A DNA stretch of 64,000 nt from a virus, in the IMG/VR virus record IMGVR_UViG_3300029698_000133, positions 8,559 through 72,558 of that record. One strand, written 5' to 3'. Both the position numbers and the translations under genes were made by a program. How positions within the stretch are numbered: position 1 is the stretch's first letter; every line of letters starts with the position of its first letter. Under the pieces are notes generated by a model. The model saw only the letters and a list, made by a program, of their open reading frames with translations, did no database searches and was not told the DNA's origin. Positions 1 to 9,697 of this stretch are shown here, one piece after another.

Positions 1-1
1 T

Positions 2-583
2 AATGATTATGAAGGCAGCATAAGGATTAATGGAATAGAAATGAGACAAATAGACAAGGACCAACTTAGGAAAAAAATTTCAATCTTGTTCCAAGATTTC
101 ACTAAATACGAATTATCTCTTGGGGAAAATATTGGAATAAGTGATATTGATAACTTAAGTAACTGTGACAAGCAGAAGCGAATAATTGAGTCCATAGGCC
201 TTAATATGGATTTAGAGCTAACACAGCAGCTGGGAAATTGGTTTGAAAATGGTAAAAACCTATCTGGAGGACAATGGATTAAGGTGGGAATTGGACGTGT
301 TCTGTTTAAAGATGCAGAATTGATTATTTTGGATGAACCTAATGCAGCATTGGATGCGATCTCAGAAATTAATATTTTTAAGGCCATAAAACAAATTGCA
401 AAAAATCGGATCTGCATAGTAATAACACATCGAGTATCTAATGTTCCATTTTATGCAGATAAAGTAATGGTAATTGACGAGGGGAAAGTTGTGGGTTTCG
501 AGACTCATGATTATTTGCTTAAAAATTGCCACATTTATAATGAACTTTATACTGCAGACTTGAAAATAGCAAATCGTGAATAG
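2..583 (+). CDS. ABC transporter ATP-binding domain, C-terminal fragment (gene starts left of window); peptide/bacteriocin-exporter-like
   Basis: ABC signature LSGGQ followed by Walker B (ILDEP) and H-loop (ITHR); ORF is open to the window edge; AT-rich, unlike the rest of the window. Confidence 0.7.
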   Translation, partial: NDYEGSIRINGIEMRQIDKDQLRKKISILFQDFTKYELSLGENIGISDIDNLSNCDKQKRIIESIGLNMDLELTQQLGNWFENGKNLSGGQWIKVGIGRVLFKDAELIILDEPNAALDAISEINIFKAIKQIAKNRICIVITHRVSNVPFYADKVMVIDEGKVVGFETHDYLLKNCHIYNELYTADLKIANRE

Positions 584-1044
584 GAATACTCAGGAATTGT
601 CTTGTCTTTGTAAAATAGTCAATAAATACGTTTCCGGACATATCTTCTGTGAATAGCTATTTTTCATGTAGGGAAATCCCCAAACGAACGCCAGCAAATT
701 GTGCCGTGGGCTAACCAGGAGGACGCTAAGACTGCAACGACCATTATATTGCTGTGCCACCGTTGCGAGATTGGCGTAGATACACTCTCACTGGAATAAC
801 CGAAACCACAGAATATCGGTCTGGCATGTGGGGGATGTTGACAAGATTTAAAGGAGGAGTGCCGCAACTATTTGCTATTTTTGTATTAAGAATTGGCGGA
901 CTGCTCATTTGAAATCGTTTGTGTATACGGGATTAATTGTGCCATACTAGAGTATGATCGTTTAAAACATAGTCAAGTGACAGGTTACCGTCGATGTGGA
1001 TTTATACATTGTGACTTTAGGCCTTGTCAAGAGGTTAGAAACAG

Positions 1045-1272
1045 GTGATGCCGGAGAAAATTGATTCGAAAGATGTGAGACTTGATGTGGTTGACTTTAT
1101 TGTTGCCGGCAAGTGTCTTGATGAGAGCAAAGGTTGCAGTGGAACTAACAAGTACGATGGCGCCACTTGTCTGCAAATTTTCGCTGCCTTCCCGTGCTCC
1201 GATGCGAAACCTCAATTACTACGGGTTTCCACTGTGAAAACGGGACATGCTTCAACACTTAAAACTGTGTAG
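1045..1272 (+). CDS. hypothetical small Cys-containing protein (75 aa) downstream of the transporter fragment
   Basis: ORF with weak RBS (AGAGG); four Cys residues; no recognisable motif. Confidence 0.2.
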   Translation: MMPEKIDSKDVRLDVVDFIVAGKCLDESKGCSGTNKYDGATCLQIFAAFPCSDAKPQLLRVSTVKTGHASTLKTV

Positions 1273-1461
1273 TAAAACTAAAGTAAAAGGCCTATTGCTG
1301 ACCTATGTGAGTATTCCGCGCGAGATTGCGCACCTCAACCGCTCAAATTGAGCATCCATTCCGGCGGGATTGAGCACCCTTGCCGCTGTCGTTGAGCACT
1401 GCGGTAAAATGTAGATATGCGTCAGATTTCTGGCGTAAATATCTACAAGGAGGTCACCTGT

Positions 1462-3000
1462 ATGACCAATTACCGTGAGATCCTCAGGCTCCATAGCCTG
1501 GGACTCAACAAGACCGAGATCGCGTCAAGCTGCCGCTGCGCTCGGAACACTGTGGCAGCAACCCTGCAACGGGCGGCGAACTGCGGCCTGCAATGGCCGC
1601 TGCCGGAGGAAATGTCGGATAAGCAGCTCTCAGAGCGGCTGTTTCCGTCCAGCACCTCAAAGCCTGTCTACAAGATGCCGGACTACGACTATGTCCACAA
1701 GGAACTCCAGCGCAGCGGTGTTACGCTGAACCTGCTGTGGCTGGAATACTGCGACCAGTGCCGGGCGGCGGGCGAGATTCCATACCAATCAACCCAGTTC
1801 AACAAGTACTATGCCGACTATCTGGCAAAGGCCAACGCCACCATGCACCTGAACCACAAACCCGGTGAGGTTATGCAGGTGGACTGGGCCGGCGATACTG
1901 CCGCTGTTATTGACACAGACACCGGTGAAATTATCCCGGCCTATGTGTTCGTGGCAACCTTGCCGTACAGCGGCTACAGCTATGTAGAAGCCTTTTTCTC
2001 CATGAATCAGGAGTCATGGACCACTGCCCATGTGAATGCCTACAAATACTTCGGCGGTGTCACCCGGATCATCCAGTGCGACAACCTGAAAACCGGCGTG
2101 CAAAAGCATGGGAAGGATGAGGTCGTTCTCAACAAATCGTACCAGGAGCTGGCAGAGCATTACGGCACGGCAATTCTGCCTGCCAGAGTCCGCGCACCCA
2201 AGGATAAAGCTGCTGTTGAGGGTACCGTCGGTATCATCTCTACCTTCATACTGGCCGCTCTGCGGAACCGCCAGTTTTTGTCTCTATTGGAACTGAACGA
2301 GGCGATTTGGGACCGTCTGGAGATGTTCAACCACAAACCTTTCCAGAAAAGGGAGGGTAGCCGGGCCAGCAGCTTTGCGGAAGAAAGGCCCTTTCTGCGC
2401 CCTTTGCCGCCCAGACCTTTTGAATTGGCCACCTGGAAAGTGGCAACGGTGGGACCAAATTACCACATTTCTGTGGAGCGTATGAATTATTCTGTTCCCT
2501 TTGAATACATCAAGCAGAAGGTAGATGTCCGGCTCACCAAAGCCACGGTAGAGGTTTTCTACGGTGGAAACCGAATCTGTTCCCATCCCAGGCTGTACGG
2601 ACGGTTTAACCAGTACAGTACGATCCAGGAGCATATGCCGCCAGAGCACCAGAAGTATGTCCAGTGGAATGGTGAACGGTTCATTCACTGGGCCGGTAAA
2701 GTCGGCAGCAACACGCAGGTCGCTGTCCAAGCCATTCTCAGCGGCTACAAAGTAGAGCAGCAGGGCTACAAGTCTTGCATGGGTCTGCTGAAGCTGGCAG
2801 ACAAATACACCCCGGAACGGCTGGAGAATGCCTGCAAACGGGCATTGGAATACACCCCCCGCCCTTCTCTCAAGAATATCCAGGCTATTCTGGCATCTGG
2901 CCAGGATAAAGCCATCCCTGAGCAGAGTGCGGCTACTGCGTCCTCATCCCGGTACGGATTCACCCGTGGAGCTGCGTATTACGGAAGGGGGAACAAGTGA
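1462..3000 (+). CDS. istA: IS21-family transposase IstA
   Basis: N-terminal HTH (LGLNKTEIASS), DDE catalytic region, size about 510 aa; RBS AAGGAGG precedes the ATG at 1462. Confidence 0.85.
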   Translation: MTNYREILRLHSLGLNKTEIASSCRCARNTVAATLQRAANCGLQWPLPEEMSDKQLSERLFPSSTSKPVYKMPDYDYVHKELQRSGVTLNLLWLEYCDQCRAAGEIPYQSTQFNKYYADYLAKANATMHLNHKPGEVMQVDWAGDTAAVIDTDTGEIIPAYVFVATLPYSGYSYVEAFFSMNQESWTTAHVNAYKYFGGVTRIIQCDNLKTGVQKHGKDEVVLNKSYQELAEHYGTAILPARVRAPKDKAAVEGTVGIISTFILAALRNRQFLSLLELNEAIWDRLEMFNHKPFQKREGSRASSFAEERPFLRPLPPRPFELATWKVATVGPNYHISVERMNYSVPFEYIKQKVDVRLTKATVEVFYGGNRICSHPRLYGRFNQYSTIQEHMPPEHQKYVQWNGERFIHWAGKVGSNTQVAVQAILSGYKVEQQGYKSCMGLLKLADKYTPERLENACKRALEYTPRPSLKNIQAILASGQDKAIPEQSAATASSSRYGFTRGAAYYGRGNK

Positions 3001-3746
3001 TGCTGACTGAAACAACGGTATCCAAGCTGCGTGAAATGCGGCTGAGCGTTATGGCCAACGCGCTGAAGGACCAACTTGCCGATCCGCAGTTCCAAAGCAT
3101 GGCCTTTGAGGACCGGCTCGGTCTTTTGGTGGATGCGGAATGGAATGCCCGAAAGAATAACCATCTGAACAAGCTGATCCGGCAGGCAACCTTCTCTGAT
3201 CCGGGAGCTTGTCTGGAGAATGTGGAGTATCTGCCCGACAGAGGTCTGAAACAGGAGGAACTGCTGCGGTTCGGCACCTGCAACTACATCCAGGAGCACC
3301 ACAACATCATCCTGTTGGGTGCCACCGGCAGCGGCAAAACCTATCTCGCCTGCGCTCTGGGCATGGCTGCCGCAAGGCGGTTTTATGCGGTGAAGTACAT
3401 CCGGCTCCCGGATCTGCTGGTAGAGTTCCAAATTGCCAGGGGTAACGGCACCATCCGCAAGCTCATGGCCCAGTACAGGAAGTATGCCCTGCTCATTATT
3501 GACGAATGGCTTCTGTACCCTTTGAAAGAAACGGAAGCCAGGGACTTATTGGAAATCGTGGAGTCCCGGTACAAGCGAAACTCCACGATCTTCTGTTCCC
3601 AGTTTGACATTCCGGGCTGGCCGGAAAAGCTGTCTGACCCACTGCTGGCTGATGCCATCTGCGACCGAATCGTCCACGACGCCTACACCATAGTCATTGG
3701 CGGCAAGGAATCCATGCGCAAGCGGAAGGGGCTGCAAGACATCTGA
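2997..3746 (+). CDS. istB: IS21-family helper ATPase IstB
   Basis: Walker A GATGSGKT, Walker B LLIIDEW; ATGA overlap with istA. Confidence 0.85.
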   Translation: MMLTETTVSKLREMRLSVMANALKDQLADPQFQSMAFEDRLGLLVDAEWNARKNNHLNKLIRQATFSDPGACLENVEYLPDRGLKQEELLRFGTCNYIQEHHNIILLGATGSGKTYLACALGMAAARRFYAVKYIRLPDLLVEFQIARGNGTIRKLMAQYRKYALLIIDEWLLYPLKETEARDLLEIVESRYKRNSTIFCSQFDIPGWPEKLSDPLLADAICDRIVHDAYTIVIGGKESMRKRKGLQDI

Positions 3747-3892
3747 CTCCGACCGTATTTATGATACCTTGACACCTTTGTGCTGTCCATATTCAACCTG
3801 AGCGGTGGGACTGCTCAATCCGGGCGGTCCCATTGCTCAATTCAAGCGGAACCGCTGCTCAATTTCGCCGGTCGAGCTGATTTTGCAGAGCG

Positions 3893-4037
3893 GTGTACGC
3901 ACCTGAAGGACGTGCAGGAGTGGCTGGGACACTCGGACATCAAGATGACCGCGAACATCTACGGCCATCTGGACATACGCCGCAAGCGCTCCATCGCCAA
4001 CGGCTTGGAGCAAGCGTTGCCGCGATTGAAGCCGTAA
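3893..4037 (+). pseudogene. tyrosine recombinase/integrase C-terminal remnant (box II) truncated by the IS21 element
   Basis: THLKDVQEWLGHSDIKMTANIYGHL matches the conserved HxxR...LGH...Y C-terminus of phage integrases; only about 45 aa remain; lies immediately beside the tRNA. Confidence 0.6.
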
Positions 4038-4098
4038 AAACAAAAAAGCGCCAAATCCTTTCGGATTTGACGCTCCTGCTGACCTTGACAGCCATCTT

Positions 4099-4175
4099 TG
4101 GTCCGAGTGGCGAGAGTCGAACTCACGGCCTCTTGAACCCCATTCAAGCGCGCTACCAAACTGCGCTACACCCGG
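4099..4175 (-). tRNA. tRNA-Pro (anticodon GGG)
   Basis: Manual fold: acceptor CCGGGTG/CACTCGG (one G-U), D stem GCGC/GCGC, anticodon stem CTTGA/TCAAG with loop ATGGGGT (GGG, G37), T stem GTGAG/CTCGC with TTCGACT loop, encoded CCA. Confidence 0.8.
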
Positions 4176-4304
4176 TCAACCGGGCTGTCTCGAATCAGCT
4201 TGATTATTATAACTGACTGCACCGAGAATGTCAATAGAAATGTACGAATTTTATAAATATATTTTGCTTTATGACTGATAAAGGAAGGAAAGAAGGGATA
4301 AATC

Positions 4305-4556
4305 ATGCCGAATAGCCTGGAATTGAACGTCTCCCCTGCGCTGTTGCACACCTTTGCCAACCATCCGTTCCATGTTCGCAAGGATATGGAGATGAATGAG
4401 CTGGTGGACAGCATCCGGGAAAGCGGTGTTATTGTTCCGCTGATCGTGCGCACGAGGCCCGAGGGCGGCTATGAGATTATCAGCGGACACCGCAGGTGTG
4501 AGGCCTGCCGGGAGTTTCGTCATAAATCAAGAAATGTGATTATCACACGCAAATAA
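4305..4556 (+). pseudogene. ParB/Srx-like N-terminal domain, truncated (83 aa)
   Basis: VPLIVR...GGYEIISGHRR ParB box; good RBS, but the ORF stops right after the box; full ParB proteins are more than 250 aa. Confidence 0.5.
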
Positions 4557-4707
4557 GACTGATAGTAATTAGACTGATTAGAACGATACAGAAGCCAGAC
4601 GCAAACAGTTATGCAGCTATGGCGTACCTGCGTGGGCGCTGTATCCACCCCAATGTACTGGCTTTCTGCCGCAAGGAGGGCATTTTGTACCAGACGAGCT
4701 TCAAAAA

Positions 4708-4968
4708 TCACCCAAAGCCAAGTGCTTTTGCCTTCTCATACACCTGTGCTCGGAACCGATTATTGCCGATTCCCACCACCAGCAATCCATACTCCTTCCG
4801 CAGCTCCGGCAGATTAGCAAGACCACCAACCACCGGAATGCCGCAGATGTCAGTGCCCACAGGTTGCCCATCGTCTACAAAGGCACAGTCATATTCTATC
4901 ATCGCTTGTTCAGCAACCATACGACCGAAGCCGCCGGCACCGACCAGCAGGAGCTTCTCCTTAGACAT
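4708..4968 (-). pseudogene. NeuD/PglD-family sugar acetyltransferase, N-terminal fragment (86 aa)
   Basis: LLLVGAGGFGRMVAE Rossmann-like N-terminus typical of NeuD/PglD; the hexapeptide C-terminal domain is missing. Confidence 0.4.
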
Positions 4969-5387
4969 TAGGAATACCCTTCGGAAACGCCCTCAGTGCT
5001 TTCAGGCATAAACAGGATTCAACGCTGGTCGCAGAGCAAGCAACCATATTTAGTGTACGTTTATTTCTTCTTGTCAATATATAGTATTTTTCCACGAGGA
5101 CAGGGGTGTCATCAGGAATAAACATCCGTTTAGACACGAGGCAGACTTCTGCCCCTCTCCCCGGCTCCGTCAATTCAGGCACGAGGAAATAGGTGCAGTC
5201 AGGCATAAACACCCTTTCAGACACGAGGCAATCTTCCCAGAAAACACAAAAAGCAGCCCACCGGGTAGCCTTTCCTTCCTGCTGATCTCTCAGCTCGTTG
5301 GAAAGCAACCTGGTGGGCTGCTACATTTTTTATTCAGTTTTCTCTGCGACTGCGGAGCCTAACCGTTTCTTCTCCAGACTCTCACAG

Positions 5388-5822
5388 TCAAATATTCTCT
5401 GTCCCAGAAGTCGTCTGTGCCTGCTCCTGCGTGCTTTCGTTCCCCTTGTCCACCTTCCCCTCGAAGATGGGAATGGCATGGCACAGGTCGTAATTCACGA
5501 GCCTCTGCTGCGGATACTCGACACCCGGCAGCCGGTAGGATCTTGTTCTGTCCCAGCCACAGCTCTGATAGATCAGGCGCACAAAATTCTTGCTTTTGAT
5601 CTCATATCGGTCATCCTGATTTTTCTTCGGAACACGATTGGCCCCCTCTGCGTCCATTCCACACGCTTGTATTGCAAACATCTGCTTGGTCGGATTGTAG
5701 AGGAAGTGATAGAATTCCGGGCGGCCAATAGATTCAAGGGCGCTCCGGAAGACCGTGATGCGACCGTCTGCATATCGAAATGTAATCCCCAGCATATTCT
5801 GCTGCCATGTCTTTGCTGGCAT
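5388..5822 (-). CDS. hypothetical protein; paralog of the C-terminal domain of the 653-aa serine recombinase
   Basis: Shares the conserved block ITF..AC......V......W......CG.....RY..G with ORF 5881-6618 and with residues about 390-520 of the recombinase 6497-8458. Confidence 0.45.
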   Translation of the reverse strand: MPAKTWQQNMLGITFRYADGRITVFRSALESIGRPEFYHFLYNPTKQMFAIQACGMDAEGANRVPKKNQDDRYEIKSKNFVRLIYQSCGWDRTRSYRLPGVEYPQQRLVNYDLCHAIPIFEGKVDKGNESTQEQAQTTSGTENI

Positions 5823-5880
5823 AATTTTTCCTCCTTCCTGAAAAAGGGTAGACTCCCCCCTTGGTGCTCAAATTCAATTT

Positions 5881-6618
5881 TTATAGATTTTGCTGTTGTC
5901 CGGGCATACCCGTAAGCATTCCAACCGAGACAAAACCATCCATTTGCCTCAGCTCAGACTCTTGGCGATGCTGCTCAACAGGCATGCCAAATGTACCCGC
6001 GATGTCATCTGGGTAGTAACCCTTCCGAGGATTCACAGGCTGTTCTTCCGTATTCTCTTCGGCCACTGTCGTAGGTTGTTGATCAGCAGACTGCTTCTTT
6101 TTACACTCGTGGAACACCTCGGCCGCCACAAGGTCAAACACATAGAGAGCTTCGCCCTCGAACTCGATGCGGTATCCGAGGATCTTATACCGGCAGTCAC
6201 CGGACCAATCCATTTCCTTATAAAGCAATTCTGAAAATAACCTGCAGGACATTTTCCGACTCTTACGCTTGTCCGGTTTTGCGATACACCAGCGCAGAGC
6301 ATCCCTGTCATTTTCATTACAGCCTTTAACTACAAGCCGCTTTAAGTCGCTGTTAAACATGATGTTGACGTACACCACATCCTCCAAACCTGCAATGCAG
6401 GCCGTGTTGAATGTGATGCTGTCTTTCCTTATTATAATGGCGGGATCTCGAAGATGTGCAAAAAGTTCCCTCCGGGCGACCTGATAGCCATCATAATCAA
6501 AGGTCTGCTCGATCTCCGTTCTCCTCTGTTCCTGCTCCGACATCTGCTCCGCACTCAGTTCCAACACCTGCGGATTCTCCATCTCCATTGTCTGCTGATT
6601 CGCCAGCTCCATGTTCAT
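5881..6618 (-). CDS. hypothetical protein; second stand-alone copy of the recombinase C-terminal domain
   Basis: Clear alignment with the recombinase C-terminal region (SITFNTACIAG... vs LSFNTACLKK..., MDWSGDCRYK vs MDWDQDLKYR); its 5' end overlaps the recombinase 3' end by about 120 nt. Confidence 0.5.
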   Translation of the reverse strand: MNMELANQQTMEMENPQVLELSAEQMSEQEQRRTEIEQTFDYDGYQVARRELFAHLRDPAIIIRKDSITFNTACIAGLEDVVYVNIMFNSDLKRLVVKGCNENDRDALRWCIAKPDKRKSRKMSCRLFSELLYKEMDWSGDCRYKILGYRIEFEGEALYVFDLVAAEVFHECKKKQSADQQPTTVAEENTEEQPVNPRKGYYPDDIAGTFGMPVEQHRQESELRQMDGFVSVGMLTGMPGQQQNL

Positions 6619-8458
6619 CTGGTATAGGCCACCCTTCTATTATTTTCTCTGCTTCATGTAAAAGTTCTTCAAGGTCTTCTGAGGTCAATGTACTGTATTC
6701 GGCCAGTTCCTTTGCCGGCCGCAAAACATCCCAGTCAGCCGCATAGTGCCTCTGCTCCAGTAGATTAATCTCTCCGATGCTGGTAATCGGTCTTCCAAAT
6801 GTGTCCTCCCATTCCGGAGGCAAAATGTTAATAATCTGCTTAACTGTCCTCCCTGCGATTTCAGCTCGGTCATCTGTTTCAGCTTCTTTAGGCGGAAGAA
6901 CGATGTTCTCCGTCTTTACCATTTCAGGTTCGTCCAGTTGAAACAGCATAACCTTTTGGTCATCATTCTCGATAAAGTCACCACGGAAACGGTATTTCAG
7001 GTCCTGATCCCAATCCATAATGTCAAACAGCGTTTTCGCCAGTCCACGGCACGACTTGGACAGCGCACACCACCGCCCTTCGCGCAGCTTTCCCCAGTGA
7101 ATTGCATTTGGATTGTTCCCATCACACGGTCGAACAGCAATACACCTGTTCACTGAATTCAACAGCAGCTCTACATACTCCACATTCTCAAATTTTTTGA
7201 GGCAGGCCGTATTAAAGCTCAGTTTTCCATCTGCTATTGTCATCGCAGGGTTTTGCGTAGTAGAGAAATACTGAGACCGAACCACCTCATAGCCACGCAT
7301 GTCTAATCCTGCTTTATATTCAATCTGCCGCGTGTCCTCCAACTCGCTCATAACACTTTCAGATGCCTTTTGATATTCATCCGTTGAGAATCCGGTCCAG
7401 TCTTTATCCAGTGGTACATATCCTCGAAGGATTCCATTGTCAACAACGCTTAGTACAGGCAAGGGCCTAGCTTTCTTCGCATAGGCACGTGATGCCCGAA
7501 GAAAATTTGCTGCTTCATATACAGTTCGAGAAACTATGGCTTCATGATGATTTTTTCTTCTAAACTGCGTTCTTTCACCATTGTTCTTTTTGGCTTTGTG
7601 TGTCAAAAAATTAGGGGTAAATGTCTTCCACGCCCTAATGTCACCACAATGACGTTCATTTGCAACAATCTCGGCCAGTGTGCTTGCGCTCCACTCATAA
7701 CTTCCCTGCTTTGTCTTGCGTTTATAGGCTTTAAGCAATTCTGCAATATCAGAAAATGAAACACCATTCAAGTAAAGATAGTAGATTGCTTTTACAGTTT
7801 CAGCTTCGTCCTCATTGACGATAAGGTCACCATCTTCGTCCCGGTCATAGCCAAGCAGCTCTGGTGTTAAAAACAGTCCCTTCCTAAACCGGCGTTCAAT
7901 CGACCAGTTCATAATGACCGATTTTGAATGGGATTCTTCTTCAGCAACCGAGGCCAAAATCGTCAAGATCATTCGTCCATTATTGTCAAGCGTATAAATG
8001 TTGTCTGCTTCAAACTGAACACCTACAGGCGGTTCAAGGTTTTTCAGAAGGTCAATAACAGAAAGGCAATCAACGATGTTTCTTGCAAATCGAGCAATCG
8101 ACTTGGTCATGATCAAATCTATTTTCCCGGCTTTGCAATCCTCAATCATCTGGAGCATGCCTTTTCGGTGTGCAATAGATGTTCCGCTTATACCTTCATC
8201 TGCATAGATTCCAACAAGTTCCCATCTAGGATGTCCTGTAATGTACTCAGTATAATAATTCTTTTGAAGTTCATAAGAAGATGTCTGTTCGTCATTATCC
8301 GTTGAGACCCGAACATAGGCCGCCACACGGCGAATTCCACCGCTCTCCATAAAATCCGCAGTAGGCTTTGCAGGGATTATTTCGATTTCAGACGCATCCG
8401 TGCCTTTATATTTATCACGGATTTTCTGCTTACGGTCTTGTCCACTGTTTTCTTTCAC
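6497..8458 (-). CDS. large serine recombinase (653 aa) with an unusual C-terminal domain; no Cys-rich zinc ribbon recognised
   Basis: Resolvase catalytic N-terminus (RVAAYVRVST, Ser nucleophile) and recombinase domain; C-terminal 250 aa unlike canonical zinc-ribbon/coiled-coil; acidic low-complexity tail. Confidence 0.8.
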   Translation of the reverse strand: MKENSGQDRKQKIRDKYKGTDASEIEIIPAKPTADFMESGGIRRVAAYVRVSTDNDEQTSSYELQKNYYTEYITGHPRWELVGIYADEGISGTSIAHRKGMLQMIEDCKAGKIDLIMTKSIARFARNIVDCLSVIDLLKNLEPPVGVQFEADNIYTLDNNGRMILTILASVAEEESHSKSVIMNWSIERRFRKGLFLTPELLGYDRDEDGDLIVNEDEAETVKAIYYLYLNGVSFSDIAELLKAYKRKTKQGSYEWSASTLAEIVANERHCGDIRAWKTFTPNFLTHKAKKNNGERTQFRRKNHHEAIVSRTVYEAANFLRASRAYAKKARPLPVLSVVDNGILRGYVPLDKDWTGFSTDEYQKASESVMSELEDTRQIEYKAGLDMRGYEVVRSQYFSTTQNPAMTIADGKLSFNTACLKKFENVEYVELLLNSVNRCIAVRPCDGNNPNAIHWGKLREGRWCALSKSCRGLAKTLFDIMDWDQDLKYRFRGDFIENDDQKVMLFQLDEPEMVKTENIVLPPKEAETDDRAEIAGRTVKQIINILPPEWEDTFGRPITSIGEINLLEQRHYAADWDVLRPAKELAEYSTLTSEDLEELLHEAEKIIEGWPIPDEHGAGESADNGDGESAGVGTECGADVGAGTEENGDRADL

Positions 8459-8467
8459 GGTTTCACC

Positions 8468-9439
8468 TTATTCCCTGAGCGTCCAGTACCACTGGCGCAT
8501 TTTTCTATAGCTTTGTATTCCCAGCACATGTTTTGTCTCAGCTATGGTTCTGCGACTTATTCCAGCTTCTCCAAGCCTTTCATAGATTTCTTTTGATGCC
8601 ATATCACCTTTTACAAGATACTGCTTCAAAAGAGCGCAAGCCATTTCCGTTTTTGTCTTATACTCCAAAGTCTGCACTTCTTGTTTTTCATCGCAGCTTT
8701 CAGATATGGAATCCAGCCATTGGAACCCGTAATCCTCTGTTATCGAGAAACTGATTTTAGACCCATCTGGTCCTAAGCTGTTTTTTATCTGGTGAACGAC
8801 ACGGATATCCATGTTTTCTGCATCGCGCTCAATCTGCAACACACTTCTTGCAGCCGCCACCACGTCAATGCTTCCAAGGCTTCTATACAAGCCTTTTATG
8901 CCTTCCTTTTTGTTCAAGTGCCCTATCAGCACAATGGCGCAATCATAGGTAGCCGCCCACATTCCAAGGTGCTGCATCAGCCGCCTTGCTTTTCCAGCAA
9001 TCTGCAAATCGGAGTCACTGGAGAGGTATGCTTGAATTGGGTCAATCACAACAAGCCTCGGTCGAAACGCAACGATTGCATCCCTAATGCGTTCATCATC
9101 GAGTGTCAGCCCACTGTTGACTTCTTCATTGATAAATGCCACTTTGCTGCAGTCTGCGCCCTGTTCTTCCAGACGGGGTTTTATCGTATCCGCAACCCCG
9201 TCTTCTGAGCATTGGTAGATAACCCTCTGTGGTTGCTCCAATGGTTTTCCGTCAGGAAAGGCACCTCCTGTGGTTATTTCAGCAATCAGATTCATCATCA
9301 TTGTAGACTTGCCATCACCGGGGTCTCCCTGTAGCAAGGTTATTTTTCCAATTGCAATATATGGATACCAGAGCCAGCGGACTGGCGATGATTCGACCTC
9401 ACTATACAGCGTCAAAAGTCCTTCTTGCACTCGTCCCAA
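8468..9439 (-). CDS. RecA-like AAA_25-type ATPase with C-terminal HTH (mobile-element RepA-like)
   Basis: Walker A GDPGDGKST, RecA-like core; C-terminal HTH region; 10 nt from the recombinase gene, so likely one operon. Confidence 0.6.
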   Translation of the reverse strand: MGRVQEGLLTLYSEVESSPVRWLWYPYIAIGKITLLQGDPGDGKSTMMMNLIAEITTGGAFPDGKPLEQPQRVIYQCSEDGVADTIKPRLEEQGADCSKVAFINEEVNSGLTLDDERIRDAIVAFRPRLVVIDPIQAYLSSDSDLQIAGKARRLMQHLGMWAATYDCAIVLIGHLNKKEGIKGLYRSLGSIDVVAAARSVLQIERDAENMDIRVVHQIKNSLGPDGSKISFSITEDYGFQWLDSISESCDEKQEVQTLEYKTKTEMACALLKQYLVKGDMASKEIYERLGEAGISRRTIAETKHVLGIQSYRKMRQWYWTLRE

Positions 9440-9513
9440 TCCCCCGTTCCCGCATTGTATAACCCTTAGAGTTCTTCAGTTTTATTATACATCTGCACTG
9501 GCGAGTTGACTGT

Positions 9514-9557
9514 CAAGCAGTAGACGACACGTTTTTCTAAATGTCAACTACTGCTTG
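9514..9557. promoter_or_regulatory. perfect 11-bp inverted repeat TCAAGCAGTAG/CTACTGCTTGA (22-nt spacer) in the divergent control region
   Basis: Seen directly; lies between the divergent XRE gene and the ATPase-recombinase operon; overlaps a TTGACA -35-like hexamer. Confidence 0.5.
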
Positions 9558-9579
9558 ACATTTGATAGAAAATATTCTC

Positions 9580-9619
9580 TAAGGATGCAACACCGTAAGG
9601 GGAGGAAGGTTGCATCCTT
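9580..9619. promoter_or_regulatory. perfect 11-bp inverted repeat AAGGATGCAAC/GTTGCATCCTT (18-nt loop)
   Basis: Seen directly; candidate operator or hairpin in the same divergent region. Confidence 0.45.
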
Positions 9620-9697
9620 ACCGCATTAATTTGCTATGTGTTTTGTTCGGCGCAATAATTGTCTTGTTCTTATGCGGGCCAGTTTGGAGGTAAAGCC

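Larger units (their letters stand above)
1327..3903 (+). mobile_element. IS21-family insertion sequence (istA-istB), about 2.6 kb
   Basis: istA/istB pair with ATGA overlap; both ends carry three copies of the ATTGAGCA / TGCTCAAT motif in inverted orientation (1350-1400 and 3815-3870), typical of IS21 multi-repeat termini; GC content differs from the AT-rich left flank. Confidence 0.75.

Noticed and set aside
4166-4453. 95-aa minus-strand ORF overlapping tRNA-Pro
   Set aside because: Overlaps the tRNA gene and an AT-rich intergenic region; low-complexity translation
5080-5230. Possible CRISPR-like or regulatory repeat (two imperfect 33-bp direct repeats)
   Set aside because: Only two degenerate copies with no regular spacer architecture; not a CRISPR array. 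Kept only as an integration-scar or operator remnant in the hotspot finding
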